Below are positions 19,501-28,601 of a stretch of DNA of 60,852 nt, piece by piece. A program made the translations under genes and the position numbers. The notes under the pieces were generated by a model. The model was not told where the DNA came from. It ran no database searches and saw only the letters and a program-made list of their open reading frames with translations. Positions within the stretch are counted from its first letter, which is position 1. Every line of letters starts with the position of its first letter. This stretch comes from a virus (Duplodnaviria; Caudoviricetes), in IMG/VR virus record IMGVR_UViG_3300009155_000069, positions 1-60,852 of that record. One strand, written 5' to 3'.

Positions 19501-20384
19501 TCACCCAGCGTAGTTGTGCCAAGTGCCTTGGCGACTTCCAACTTAGCTGATCGGGGGACAATAGAGGAGCGGTTTAGGATTTCAGACGCCAGTCTATCTT
19601 TGGCGGCAGGGCTTAATTGACTAAGAATTTTTGAGGGAAGATAGGTATCAAGCACACCTTGGGCGGCACCAAACGCCAGCGCGATGCTAGGTTCTAATTT
19701 ACCTGTCTTCTCATAAATACTCTCAAACGTGTCGGGTGCGTTTAACCCAACAGAGGAGCCGTACATACCAGCCAGCGTACCGCGCTCGACACCCTTGGCG
19801 GCGGCTTGTTCAGTAGCACGACCTGCAAGACGTGCGGCGTATGCGTCAGCGGCTTCACCAGTCAAACCACGCTTGGCGATTGTCTCTGCGGCTTTTGCTG
19901 CGGCAAGTTCTTCAACACCACGGGCGGCAACACGTTTACCAATAGATGCGCCAGCACCTGCACCCGTGAGCATGCCTAAGATGTCAGGGCCGAGTTCACC
20001 AAACGTCTCGGCAATGTAGCCGGGAACATCACCCACACCACGCACTTCTTTGTAAGACTTGTACGCTGTGGGGTTTTCCATCTCAGCTTGCTTTTTCTTT
20101 GCAGCCGCTTCAGCCAGTTGTTCTTTGGCGTAATCATCAAACCCAAGCGCAGACCCCGCCAAGGCGGGAAGTGTGTCTGTAATCGTACTACCCAACCCTG
20201 ACGCAGCGCGTTTAAAGCCTCCTGCTACCAGCGAACCAAGACCCTGATCTCGATAGTCGGGAGTGAAGGTGTTTCGGCTTATCGCGGCATTTGCAAGTGC
20301 GGCGGCGCGTTGCTTGATCTCATCATCAGCCATCGTGTCGGGAAACGACACGGGGCCATAGTTGGGTATTTGTACGACTTTCAT
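13569..20384 (-). CDS. Giant internal virion/ejection (polyvalent-type) protein with zincin-like HExxH domain
   Basis: 2271 aa, last late gene; GMYDPKTDTIFL..HVLLHEVGHA..DEFTAE; K/E/A/P-rich linker; hydrophobic helical C-terminal region. Confidence 0.75.
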   Translation of the reverse strand: MKVVQIPNYGPVSFPDTMADDEIKQRAAALANAAISRNTFTPDYRDQGLGSLVAGGFKRAASGLGSTITDTLPALAGSALGFDDYAKEQLAEAAAKKKQAEMENPTAYKSYKEVRGVGDVPGYIAETFGELGPDILGMLTGAGAGASIGKRVAARGVEELAAAKAAETIAKRGLTGEAADAYAARLAGRATEQAAAKGVERGTLAGMYGSSVGLNAPDTFESIYEKTGKLEPSIALAFGAAQGVLDTYLPSKILSQLSPAAKDRLASEILNRSSIVPRSAKLEVAKALGTTTLGEAGTEGLQEVLGILAEQTAGAKGSLLDTENIDRILNASIKGAIGGGTFGAPGAIVEGRRTAALSREEADRRAEAAGEQTAAQTNLPADVDFNRPAYERRAGGPQADMFPNELAKAKFSMDDVARYTPDGKGASYTETLDAAKTKLNRGEELTRAEADMLNQSGDMDSVKMAKAKIAPEEDVAPTIDERQMLLPGMGSMQRPDRRAAAEEGFMSQQPDLLGDMMPERQAAPEETDPMTIRVSEVTQELIDKGMAPRQAVVEAYKQVRAEMQDDNLASLQNEASADSRQGALQFAAPAPEGRGFREEPVNTQMPDRLQEVVSRDKDFRQAEQDAAAQKQAETVAAENQRQLQIAEPPESAPAPAPVVREPVQESFPGMGVRYGDKVRANQEAAKAEAAGQAPAPEVVTQEMMTGFGVLPSAPLRKRLVGKDLSNPTQRAQVQRELTAYSTNEAVPPESRAQVAQALQSPLFMGQSEMFGPKGGATAAATGKETPRAQLKSIEPVPTITGEGVPVSSRPAKTETTARTAPSGDGRVDVPASSTGQTGVRKSEKPTPLKTTKFAPVELITEGKPEGKKAEGKPVAKVEAKPEGKPAVTPEAKAEKPVEKTVEKKAEPKAEPKKEAAPKAEKPVEKAEPEAKTVEEKAGQTAAKELKRVANVGYAADKTDVKEADTAKVSKVKKEAKPSKEAEAAKTYFGKVPRTIDALRNIAFNLVDKTPRYRRAPGESAAEAEFFKGMDFKAAQLAEKWVRENLDADSIKALDKMVAEYQKQFASSEKELAKHNAEQTYVRTYTDPDAALELNEADSMAMPLHPAIADLLSKGDIQGALRMTADYFGGTIGKLATALVRAGVTPKVVIRENLTNEAGQRVPGMYDPKTDTIFLDPETGMNTHVLLHEVGHAATAYTIANPAHPLTKQLRELFNDVKGSLDTAYGAESLDEFTAEAFSNESFRAKLNAINPKGEKITALQRFTNSVKNFFRKLIGLEPKRIETALDKADQVIEAMLSPSPELRDAPILYAATINPKSEVVADWLNSAVDAVSKLPGMTQERADRLHGFLKGTTTGTIKNIVLSTLPLHALVDVAKTYLPSAPTVNRLVEEKGGDEYRRNQQIEPVVAEAEKWAKEHSKLLDKFNSLIYKSTIDEVDPSVPRETYEKADTKGDKDAERLQKLTQKEKLEAWDAMQKDFEAIGPAGRQLYRRMRDTYQALYEEIRESIGARIDAAGMGKEESEKIKREIYAKLAERGQITPYFPLTRNGDFWVSYSAPGRGGKPDTYVSAFETERERERFISMLKENGATQVQKFAKLSEMNYRNTPSSSFVNSVLQVIDGGSLTPEAREKFTEAREQVLRLFLQTLPESSFAQAFQKRKGTLGYSKDSIRAFREKTFSMSRQMSNMKYAAKLTAARDKLFAEAKAAGEGEGSQDNQLHKQYFDELDKRIKFAISPTTNLATQMLSSLGFNYLLGFNVSSAVVNLTQVPLIVLPYLGGKYGYGDAQKAIQDAYRLYSRSGFERKVTILPKEDGKSITAKENAMPSLDNFDFDNVKDKDIKRLQTLSEVASQAGQLNRSMFYDVLEVDGGKSPMKTLNAASGFMFHHGERMNRQVSMIAAYNLELDRLNKKGAKLEDGTLADTLSAKEKEVYAANQAIYTAEMTNGGTAAASAPRIAQGAIGKVLFMFKRYGVSMYYMMFKMTKEALQKQDPDVRKAAMKQLAGIYGMAAIFSGLQGLPMFGMLAMIYNMFADDDDEDFGTVVRASTGELAYKGLVNYMTNLDIASRTGLGDLIFRDNKMSSGSASMAESVAEMLGGPAYGIATKIKRGSDMIRDGEVERGIETMLPSGVGNVMRGIRIGTEGANTLRGDPITGDVNAWNAFAQMFGFAPADYTKQLEINARLKGIDKSVNDQKTKLLRQYYTAQRTYDIDGMQDMREKLDKLYSKHPGLGNVSESISRSMAQHERTTQKMYHGITLSPKLRSELDELARDLED

Positions 20385-22327
20385 TAGCGTCCCAGTAAGT
20401 CAGATTCAGCCTGATCATAAGACGTTGCACCGGAAGAACTACGAGTTCCACTTACTAAATTTTGCACGTAACGTCGCTTGGCACCTTCAATGATAGGCTG
20501 AAGCTGTTCCATCGTCACACGTTTATTCTTTAAGTCAAGTGCAAGCTGTGCAGGGCCACCTGTGTAACTTGCACCCACGTACTTCTGGAACTCAGGAGAC
20601 ATTGGGCTACCAAATATCTCACCAGCACGTTTTTCCAAAGCCAACGCTTCATTAACTGTCAGCGGCTTGGGTTGACTACCTGCCATCAACTTCATGAGGC
20701 CCATCTGGTTACGCATTGCACCAAGTTCGGACTGCATACCTGCACGTTCCAGTGCCATCTGCAAGCCCATACCAGCACGTTCGCGTTTACCCTCGGTATC
20801 AACAAGACCTTTCTGAGCACCCATCAACAGGCTGGAGCGCTGAATCTCATACGTCTCGGCATCGCGCTTGTTCTTTTGATAGGAGTCAAAGTAGCGTTGT
20901 GATGCCTCACGGTCACCCTTCTCGTCGGACATACGAGACTTGATTAAGTCCATCTCTGCTTGGCGAGATGCTTTGTTGGCGGCAGACTCCAACTCACTGA
21001 CCTTATCGTGATAGTCTAGACCTTGCGTAGCACCCTCAAACAAACCTGTCATACCGGGTTTACGAGAAGCCAGCGCATGAAGACCTCCACGGATTAAGGC
21101 GTCGGCATCTTTGTCGGCGTAGCGTGCTTTAGTAGCGGCACGTTCTTCGTCGATCATCTGTTGCATCTTGTCGTAGTACGGCTTGGACGTAGCTTGGTTT
21201 TGATCAAACTGCTCTTTGATGATGCGTTTGCGTTCAGCTTCAGATACTTCGGGCGATTGACGGTCACGGATACGTGCCATCTCATCTTTTACCAAGTTCT
21301 GATACGCAGTCTCTTGCTCCGTGGGCTTCATGTAACGGTCGATCATTGTCTGCATCTTGGACATATCGAAGCCGCCACCACCGCCACCCATCTGCTTAAG
21401 GATTGCGTCCATATTAGGGTTACCCCTAGTTTGAATAGTAAGATCGTTCGGCTTAACAGGGCCAGCGGAAGGTGCAGGGGTCGGAGGCGCGGCCTGAACT
21501 TCGGGTTTACCCATATCACGATAGCTTTGGAGTAGCTTTACTTCCTTCTCACGTTCTGTACGTTGGGTGGGTGTAAGCGCCTCAAACAATCCGGGTTTTG
21601 CCTGATTTATCTCGCGGCGTAACTCATTACCTTCTCGGTTGCGTTGTTGCGTCGCTTGGCTTTCCGCTTGTTGGCGTCTAACAAAATCCCCAATACCTCT
21701 AAAGAAGTTTCCAATAGTGGATGTCGGTTCTTCGTCAGAAGGCATATCAGCACTGACAGGCTGATTGGGGTTGTCTTTGAACGCAACAATGCCACCACGC
21801 GCCATCAACAACGGTTGACCACCACCGGACATATTGAATGGGGTAGGGGCTTGCTGTTGATCACGTTGGTCTTGCATGTCGCCGAGTGAGGCAATACCAC
21901 CCGTAGCAAGTTTTTGAGGTTGCTGTTGAGTAGGTTGCATCGGTTGTGCAGGAGGCTGGGGGGCTTGTGCCATCTGCTGTGGGGGAGCCGCTGGCGCACC
22001 TTGAGGCGCACCCTGTGGGGGTGGGGGAGGCGCAGACGATTGAAATTGTGCAGGGGCACCGGGCATTTGAGGCTGTTGCTGGGCTATGCCAGCCAAACCC
22101 ATCGCAGCCTGATCCACTATGGTGGGCATTTGCTGGGGGTTAGGTGCCATCTTTGCTACTTGCTCTTGTTGCAGTTGGGCACGGCGGCTTAATTCAAGAC
22201 CCGCCAACATGTCCATAGGCATACCATCCACAGCTTGCTTGCCGGGGTTTTGCTTGTACTGCATCAATGCCTGAGTGGGCATCAGGCGCAAGTCTTTGCG
22301 CGTCTGTTCAAGTGATGGCCCGATCAT
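20384..22327 (-). CDS. Internal virion/ejection protein
   Basis: 647 aa, P/Q-rich N-terminus, LATGG and MARGG motifs, helical; synteny. Confidence 0.65.
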   Translation of the reverse strand: MIGPSLEQTRKDLRLMPTQALMQYKQNPGKQAVDGMPMDMLAGLELSRRAQLQQEQVAKMAPNPQQMPTIVDQAAMGLAGIAQQQPQMPGAPAQFQSSAPPPPPQGAPQGAPAAPPQQMAQAPQPPAQPMQPTQQQPQKLATGGIASLGDMQDQRDQQQAPTPFNMSGGGQPLLMARGGIVAFKDNPNQPVSADMPSDEEPTSTIGNFFRGIGDFVRRQQAESQATQQRNREGNELRREINQAKPGLFEALTPTQRTEREKEVKLLQSYRDMGKPEVQAAPPTPAPSAGPVKPNDLTIQTRGNPNMDAILKQMGGGGGGFDMSKMQTMIDRYMKPTEQETAYQNLVKDEMARIRDRQSPEVSEAERKRIIKEQFDQNQATSKPYYDKMQQMIDEERAATKARYADKDADALIRGGLHALASRKPGMTGLFEGATQGLDYHDKVSELESAANKASRQAEMDLIKSRMSDEKGDREASQRYFDSYQKNKRDAETYEIQRSSLLMGAQKGLVDTEGKRERAGMGLQMALERAGMQSELGAMRNQMGLMKLMAGSQPKPLTVNEALALEKRAGEIFGSPMSPEFQKYVGASYTGGPAQLALDLKNKRVTMEQLQPIIEGAKRRYVQNLVSGTRSSSGATSYDQAESDLLGR

Positions 22328-23853
22328 GGTTTGTTACCCCCGTACAGTTTGCTGTAAATACCCGCCGCCGTTGCAGCGCCACCCAAAATGTTGTTTGCAA
22401 CACTTGGTGCTTCAGTGTATTGGTTCTGGGTGGTCATTGGTAGACCTGTCAATATATCTTTGAGGTACTTCTGCTGTGTCTTGTCGTAGTCGCGTTGCTC
22501 TAAGAAGTCTCTGTAATCAGAAGTCAAACCTTCTTGCTCAATGCCACGTTTAACAGCACCCATATCAGCCATAGTCTTTAAGCGGTTGAGGTCAAAGTTA
22601 CCTTGGTTGACACCAATCTGACCCATGTTGGAGGCGGCAGTACCAGCCTCGGACAAATATTTAAGACCAAGGCCAGCACCAAACTGACGAGAGGCTTCAG
22701 ATTCTTTCAAACCCTCTAGACCATACTTAGCGGCAAGATCAGCAGAAGTCAGCCCCTGCTTGGCACCAAATTGACGGGACTCCTCACCCAAACGTGCGGC
22801 TTCCAAACCATACTTGGCGCGGAGTTCTGCATCCGAGAGTCCTTGCTTGGCAGCAAACTGCCGTGCTTGTTCACCTGAGTCGTATGCGGCTTGACCATAC
22901 TTGGCTTGCAACTCAGCTTCAGTCAGACCTTGCTTGGCGGCAAACTGGCGAGACTCCTCACCCAAACGCTGTGCGTCGAGGCCGTATTTGGCGGCGAGTT
23001 CTGACGAAGCCAAACCTTGTTTGGCACCAAACTGACGAGACTCCTCACCAGCTTTTTGAGCTTCCAATCCCAGTTTGGCTGTGGACTCGGAGCCAAGGCG
23101 GTACTGCTCGGCTTCAGCCAGACGTTGTTTGAGCGCAGTGTCGTATGCAGATTGTGAACCCTTGGCTTGAATGTCACCAATTTGAGTTGCTAAATTACGG
23201 CGATTTTCGGCTTCATACAAGGCTTGGCGTCCACCACCAAAACCACCTTGAAATTTCTTTGCATCGTTGGCACGTTGAATATCCGCTTGACGCTGGGCTT
23301 CCCGCGCCTGTACGTTTACCACGTTCTGCAAGTAGGGGTTCATGTAGCTTTCAACGCTACCGGGTGCGCCAAGACCCGCAGATACAGTACCTGCATTAAA
23401 CGTGCCACCCGTGTAGGCTTGGGGTGCATTGAACCCTGACGAGAAGTTACCCGCTGTGTAATCTGTTACACCACCAAATTGATTGGTAGCTGCGGCGGGG
23501 GTGTATGCCCCAACACCACCATACGTGTTGCCCTGCGTGGTTGGTGTGTATGCCGCAGGTGCGCTGAACTGATTACCAAACGTAGCTCCTGCATACGCAG
23601 GTTGCGTAGTTGCCTTGTTGTAAACGCTTTGAAGATTATTTGTAGCGTTGGTTACCGAGCTTGGGATAGCCAGCGAGTTAATACCTGTAAAGGCATTGGT
23701 CTGTAAATCAGACGCATCTGCGACTTTCTGTCCACCGTATCCTTGATAGTTCTCTCCAGCGGTATCAACCGCCGCACTGACTAAGCCACCTACGACGGGC
23801 GCTGCCCAGTCTGATACCGTCGATTCGACTGTTCCGGTTGCAATACCTGCCAT
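22324..23853 (-). CDS. DNA ejection/pilot-like protein with internal repeats
   Basis: 509 aa; YMNPY..FGGGRQ core; C-terminal glycine-zipper helix ILGGAATAAGIY. Confidence 0.65.
   Translation of the reverse strand: MAGIATGTVESTVSDWAAPVVGGLVSAAVDTAGENYQGYGGQKVADASDLQTNAFTGINSLAIPSSVTNATNNLQSVYNKATTQPAYAGATFGNQFSAPAAYTPTTQGNTYGGVGAYTPAAATNQFGGVTDYTAGNFSSGFNAPQAYTGGTFNAGTVSAGLGAPGSVESYMNPYLQNVVNVQAREAQRQADIQRANDAKKFQGGFGGGRQALYEAENRRNLATQIGDIQAKGSQSAYDTALKQRLAEAEQYRLGSESTAKLGLEAQKAGEESRQFGAKQGLASSELAAKYGLDAQRLGEESRQFAAKQGLTEAELQAKYGQAAYDSGEQARQFAAKQGLSDAELRAKYGLEAARLGEESRQFGAKQGLTSADLAAKYGLEGLKESEASRQFGAGLGLKYLSEAGTAASNMGQIGVNQGNFDLNRLKTMADMGAVKRGIEQEGLTSDYRDFLEQRDYDKTQQKYLKDILTGLPMTTQNQYTEAPSVANNILGGAATAAGIYSKLYGGNKP
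22680..23080 (-). repeat. Five 29-aa (87-bp) coding repeats AKYGL..GEESRQF.AKQGL
   Basis: Read directly in the translation. Confidence 0.85.
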
Positions 23854-23862
23854 GATAGCTCC

Positions 23863-26800
23863 TTAACGGGGTAAGTACTTTTTAGGATTGATCTGCTTAC
23901 CTTGGTCAGCAGTACCAGTACGTGCCTTGCGAACACGCTCCATCAAAGCGTACAGTTGTTTGGCACCCGCTTCAGAGTTGCCGTTACCGAGGTGCGAAAC
24001 CACATCGGCGGGAATTACAAACTCACCACCACTTAACTTGGCAGGGCGTTTGTTGTCAATGGTCGCATCAATTTTATCTTTCATACCATCATGGGCAGAC
24101 TTGAGATAACCAAGGCCACCCTTGATTGAGCCACCAGTGGCTTTCTTTTCAAAGTAGTTTACAGTGCCCTTACCACGAGTACCTTGAGCGCCAGTCTGAA
24201 CCCGCTGTCCACCTGTACCTGCGGCGATTGAACGCAACCCCATCGGGGTCATACCTTTTGGCGCAGAAGCTGCGCCGAGTGCTCCACCAGCAATTGCCGC
24301 AAGTGTCTTGGGGTTTGTCAAAGCAGTGGTAAGTGCATTTGCAAGTTTATCGGTAGTGCTGTTTGCACCTGTGGTTTTGGTTGTGGTTGTGGTTTTTCCA
24401 GTACCGCCGGGGGTATTACCTGTACCACCTGTTGCAGCAACGTAACCAGACTGCTTGGTGTTAAGCAGACCGTTTTTGATCATAGAGTTAACTTCTTCAG
24501 GTGACAACGAATAACTTTCACCGTTCTCGTTCATACCAATAGCTGTACCATCATCATTGATAAAGATACGGTCAGAACCAACAGTCTGCCAGCCGCTAGT
24601 AAAACCACCCGCAGGGTTAAAGTTCTGGTTGAATGAGTCAATGTTCTCTTGAGAGATACCAAGGTCTTGAATTCCGTAGTCTGGAACTTTATAGTTGGGG
24701 TCTTGCATAGCAAGATAGCGTTCCTGATCAGCAGGAGACAATCGACCGAGGAAACTTTCGTCCACCCCAGTATTTACGGTGCCGTTTAACTCTGGGTCTG
24801 AATCACTTCGAGAAGCATCAGCGGCAGTTATTTGGTTAATGAGGTTTTCAAACCCAACTTCATCGTAGTCATCCATGTTATTCCCCAAGTTAGTTTGTGT
24901 TGCGCGTGCAGGTTCATTACTGACTGGCAACGTGGTTTTATCTGTGCGTAGCGGAGACAAGAACTGATCCAACTTGTCAGCATCCGCGCTGGTGCCTGTA
25001 TCCCGAAGAATCTGATCAGTCGGGCGTGGCTCGGCATACGTGTATGTATTGTTGCCTGTACCAAGACCTCGTGTGAGTCCAACATCTTCAGCCGCCTTTG
25101 CCTCTTTATTAGGCTCGTTAAAATACTTTGAGGCAAGCGTATCGGATGCACCCAACTCATTTTTTGCACCAGAGTACAACCCACCTGTCTGTACACCCCC
25201 ATGAATATCATCAGGTCTATCATCCAAAATGCTAGTACCAATTGTCTTGGTTGGGTCAGCATCTGTCAATGCGCTGTAAGTTGCAGTACCTTTTGTTGTA
25301 GCTTCAAGGTCAGGCTTGGTCATCTCAGTCAGGTTTCTGTCAGTCAACGAGGCAATTCCAGTGTCATCGGCAGTGCCCGACGTGCCACCCTGTTGACTCG
25401 TTATAAGGCTACGCAGCCCAATATCACCCACATTTTCAGGGTCTGACATGATGTTGGATGGTTGATAGGCGGCAGTCTGTACTCCTTGATCCTTGCCATA
25501 ATTCAACAATTCAGACACCCCCGAGGTATCCACGGGTGCGTTGGCGACACCCAGATCAGCCGCCATCAAGTTGGTCGGCATAGTAAAAAGCTGGGTGTCT
25601 TCCAATTGAGGAAGATCAGCCGTGGCAATCGTAGGGTTGGTGACGGGGCTGGTTTGAGCACCCGTGATGTCCGAAGTAGTGTCTGCAATGCTTGCAGTAT
25701 CGACACCTAAGTCAGCCGGAGTTGGTGGGCCAACCATATCAACATTGGGGTCAAACGCAAACGGGTCAGCGGCGGCAACTTGGTTAGTAGGTATCGCGGC
25801 AGTTTGCCCCAAGGTATCAAACCCAAACTGATCCGCAGGTAGTTGTGCTTGCTGGTCAGTAGCTTCTTGGGCTAAATCGTTGGCATCGGCTTGCGGTTTG
25901 AGCGCGGTGGCTTCTCCACTGCTTTGTGCAAATTGAGTTGGGGTAATGTCGGAGCCTTCTACACCCACGACACCCGAAGTACCCTTGAATTGGTTCCAGA
26001 AATCGGCTTCGGGGCGTGCCTCACCCAACGACTCTTGCGCCAAGGTACGGTCTTGATAGCCCTCAAACCCAATGTCTTGAGAAAACTTATTCTGCGCGTT
26101 TAACTTGTATACGTCTTCCCTCGTGTTCCCCGAGGCGTTCATAAATTCACGCGCAGTTGCATCCGAAACATCTGCGGCGTCAATTCCCATGATGTCAGCG
26201 TACTGCTGTTTGTAAATATCAATGGCTTCTTGGATGGTCGTAGCCAACGGATCGGCATAGGTGCGAAACGCATTTGCTGTGGATGCTTCGTCTTTTTGAC
26301 CTGTGTACTGACTAAGGAAATCTGTATCCGCTGGATCAAAAAAGAAGTTTTCATCTGCCGCAAAACCCGCAAACTCGTCAGCCGTTACCTGCCGTGGATC
26401 AACATACGCACCGATGTCGGTGAATGTACTGGCCTCGTCACGCTGGCCCGCAAACTGCGCAAGTTCTGCATCAGTTGGGGTATACCCGTAGGTATCTAAG
26501 AACTGTGTTTTGGCTTCGTCAATGGTCACTTGACGTGGGTCAACATACTTGCCGATGTCCGCATAGGTACCAGCTTGATCACGTTGACCTGCAAATTGCG
26601 CAAGCTCCTCATCCGTGGGGGTGTACCCATAGGTGTTTTGGAATTGCGCCTTGGCTTCGTCAATGGTCACTTGACGTGGGTCAACATACTTGCCGATGTC
26701 GGCAAAGGTGTTTACCTCGTCTCGTTGACCTGCAAACTGCGCAAGTTCTGCATCAGTTGGGGTATACCCGTAAGTGTCTTGAAATGCAGTCCGTGCTTCA

Positions 26801-28170
26801 TCCGTTGTTACCTGACGAGGATCAACGTAATCCCTTGCACGAGTATCAAGCGTTGAGTCTGCTACGCGCCCCGTGAGTTGCGTAATCTCTTCGTCCGTAG
26901 CGGTGTACCCCAATCTTGCCAATGCAGCCGCCGCTTCGTCTTTATCGGTCGTGTTGTCGTCAATGTAGGTAGCCGCTGCTTTAGTAACATCACCTGTCTT
27001 GAGGAACGCATCAAGCTGCTCTTGATCCAACGGAGTGCCAAGGGCTTGTTCAACAGAATTTTTTGCAGTCACCGTGTCGTTAAACACTTTGGCAACTTGC
27101 TGTGCGTTAGCTTCTTCTTGCTTTTGGAAGTCTGCAATCGAAGTATCCAATACAGATTTTTGCTGTACTAACGTCTGCTCAAGTGTGGGAAGCTGAGTTT
27201 TTAACCCATCTAATTCAGTAGATAGGGTAGCTAGTTTTGTTTCAGCGGTAGCACGCGCATCTTCATAACCGGGAATTGCATCGTTAACAAGGTTAGCGTA
27301 TTTGTTGACTTCCTCTACCGCAACTTCCCCTCTGTCATACCCCGCTTTTAATTCGTTGTATTTGTCAAGGTTGGCTTGAATTACTTCACGCTTTTTATTG
27401 ATGTCATCCGCAGTTGTCGTGTACTCTTGGACAATTTCATTTTGCCGTTTGCCGTTATCGTCCAACGCCTTACCTGTTTGGGTAGCGTTGTTGTAAGCCG
27501 TTTGCAATGTCGAGCTAACGTCTTTAAGTCCATCTTTTAGGTAATCTTTACCCGCGCCCAGCATGCTGCTCAATACAGAATTGACGACTGCCTTATCAGT
27601 ATCTTTACCCAAAACACCCGCAGCTAGACCCGCATTTACAGCACGTTGCGTAGCGGCACCAGCCGCACCATAGTCTTTTGCAAGGTCATTGAAGCCGGGG
27701 ATTCTTGAGGTAACCTCATTAACTCCTGCCATCGCGCCAGCAGTTAAACCTGCGGTCAAACCACCAGTAATCAATGCTTTGATTGGATCGCCTTTACCAG
27801 TAAGTGCTGACCCAAGTGCGGCTTGAGTACCACCACCAGCCATAGCGCCAGCAACTTTACCAATGCTTCCTGCAATTGAAGTAAATCCTGCATCGGTAGC
27901 GGCGCTTGCAATTGATGAAGAAACAGAGGACGCAACAGAAGCACCTACAAAAGAAGTGACGCCCCCAATTACCGCCCCTTTAAGTGCATCTGATACTGAT
28001 GCGCCTTGTGCAAGTGATAGCCCTGCGGAAACAACTCCTGAACCAATTGCGGTAGCAACGGCAGTTGAAACAGTGGCGGTCGTAAGCGCCCCAACAACGG
28101 CAGTACCAATAGCGGCGGCAACTCCCGTTTCAACTATTATGGCCCCAATAAATACGGCTGCTGCTGGCAT
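23863..28170 (-). CDS. Large internal virion protein with hydrophobic Gly/Ala N-terminus and tandem repeats
   Basis: 1435 aa; C-terminal HDGMKD..AKLSGGEFVIPADVVSHLGNG motif. Confidence 0.7.
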   Translation of the reverse strand: MPAAAVFIGAIIVETGVAAAIGTAVVGALTTATVSTAVATAIGSGVVSAGLSLAQGASVSDALKGAVIGGVTSFVGASVASSVSSSIASAATDAGFTSIAGSIGKVAGAMAGGGTQAALGSALTGKGDPIKALITGGLTAGLTAGAMAGVNEVTSRIPGFNDLAKDYGAAGAATQRAVNAGLAAGVLGKDTDKAVVNSVLSSMLGAGKDYLKDGLKDVSSTLQTAYNNATQTGKALDDNGKRQNEIVQEYTTTADDINKKREVIQANLDKYNELKAGYDRGEVAVEEVNKYANLVNDAIPGYEDARATAETKLATLSTELDGLKTQLPTLEQTLVQQKSVLDTSIADFQKQEEANAQQVAKVFNDTVTAKNSVEQALGTPLDQEQLDAFLKTGDVTKAAATYIDDNTTDKDEAAAALARLGYTATDEEITQLTGRVADSTLDTRARDYVDPRQVTTDEARTAFQDTYGYTPTDAELAQFAGQRDEVNTFADIGKYVDPRQVTIDEAKAQFQNTYGYTPTDEELAQFAGQRDQAGTYADIGKYVDPRQVTIDEAKTQFLDTYGYTPTDAELAQFAGQRDEASTFTDIGAYVDPRQVTADEFAGFAADENFFFDPADTDFLSQYTGQKDEASTANAFRTYADPLATTIQEAIDIYKQQYADIMGIDAADVSDATAREFMNASGNTREDVYKLNAQNKFSQDIGFEGYQDRTLAQESLGEARPEADFWNQFKGTSGVVGVEGSDITPTQFAQSSGEATALKPQADANDLAQEATDQQAQLPADQFGFDTLGQTAAIPTNQVAAADPFAFDPNVDMVGPPTPADLGVDTASIADTTSDITGAQTSPVTNPTIATADLPQLEDTQLFTMPTNLMAADLGVANAPVDTSGVSELLNYGKDQGVQTAAYQPSNIMSDPENVGDIGLRSLITSQQGGTSGTADDTGIASLTDRNLTEMTKPDLEATTKGTATYSALTDADPTKTIGTSILDDRPDDIHGGVQTGGLYSGAKNELGASDTLASKYFNEPNKEAKAAEDVGLTRGLGTGNNTYTYAEPRPTDQILRDTGTSADADKLDQFLSPLRTDKTTLPVSNEPARATQTNLGNNMDDYDEVGFENLINQITAADASRSDSDPELNGTVNTGVDESFLGRLSPADQERYLAMQDPNYKVPDYGIQDLGISQENIDSFNQNFNPAGGFTSGWQTVGSDRIFINDDGTAIGMNENGESYSLSPEEVNSMIKNGLLNTKQSGYVAATGGTGNTPGGTGKTTTTTKTTGANSTTDKLANALTTALTNPKTLAAIAGGALGAASAPKGMTPMGLRSIAAGTGGQRVQTGAQGTRGKGTVNYFEKKATGGSIKGGLGYLKSAHDGMKDKIDATIDNKRPAKLSGGEFVIPADVVSHLGNGNSEAGAKQLYALMERVRKARTGTADQGKQINPKKYLPR
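26200..26967 (-). repeat. About six 46-49-aa coding repeats (141-bp core units)
   Basis: YVDPRQVT..YGYTPTD.ELAQFAGQRD units start at 26967, 26829, 26688, 26547, 26406 and 26259. Confidence 0.9.
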
Positions 28171-28171
28171 A

Positions 28172-28600
28172 TTAGAACTCCATCACGTATGCAGTCATCG
28201 GCTTGCCTTTGACATCAATTTTGAGCGTTTTTACAGGAAGACCCGTCAGTTGAGCAAGGCGTCCATACCTGTTATCTGGTGTGTAGGTGTAAGCAGTCTT
28301 GACTCCAATCTTCTTTAGATAATCCGCAAGTTTTTTAAAATCATCAGCCAACATACGTGGTTGTGCTTCTTTACCGATTGTGTGAATCTCAACAATACCT
28401 TTACCACGAACCATGATAAGGAACAACACGTTCCCAAGGTGCACAAGTTTGGCCCCTTCATCTTTTACAGTGGTGGCAAGTTTGCCAAGCATCTCTTGCG
28501 CTTTTTTATCCGAACCTGTTTCTTCTTTAAAGTAGTTCAGCGCAATCTGTACGATTTGCTCTTGCTCTTGTTTGTCCATGACTTGTTCTTGTTCTGCCAT
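28172..28600 (-). CDS. Hypothetical virion-module protein (possible GNAT-like fold)
   Basis: Position between the nozzle and ejection genes; fold call is weak. Confidence 0.55.
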   Translation of the reverse strand: MAEQEQVMDKQEQEQIVQIALNYFKEETGSDKKAQEMLGKLATTVKDEGAKLVHLGNVLFLIMVRGKGIVEIHTIGKEAQPRMLADDFKKLADYLKKIGVKTAYTYTPDNRYGRLAQLTGLPVKTLKIDVKGKPMTAYVMEF

Positions 28601-28601
28601 A

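Noticed and set aside
26200-26967. Diversity-generating retroelement TR/VR pair
   Set aside because: In-frame tandem repeats, differences not adenine-specific, and no reverse transcriptase in the window.
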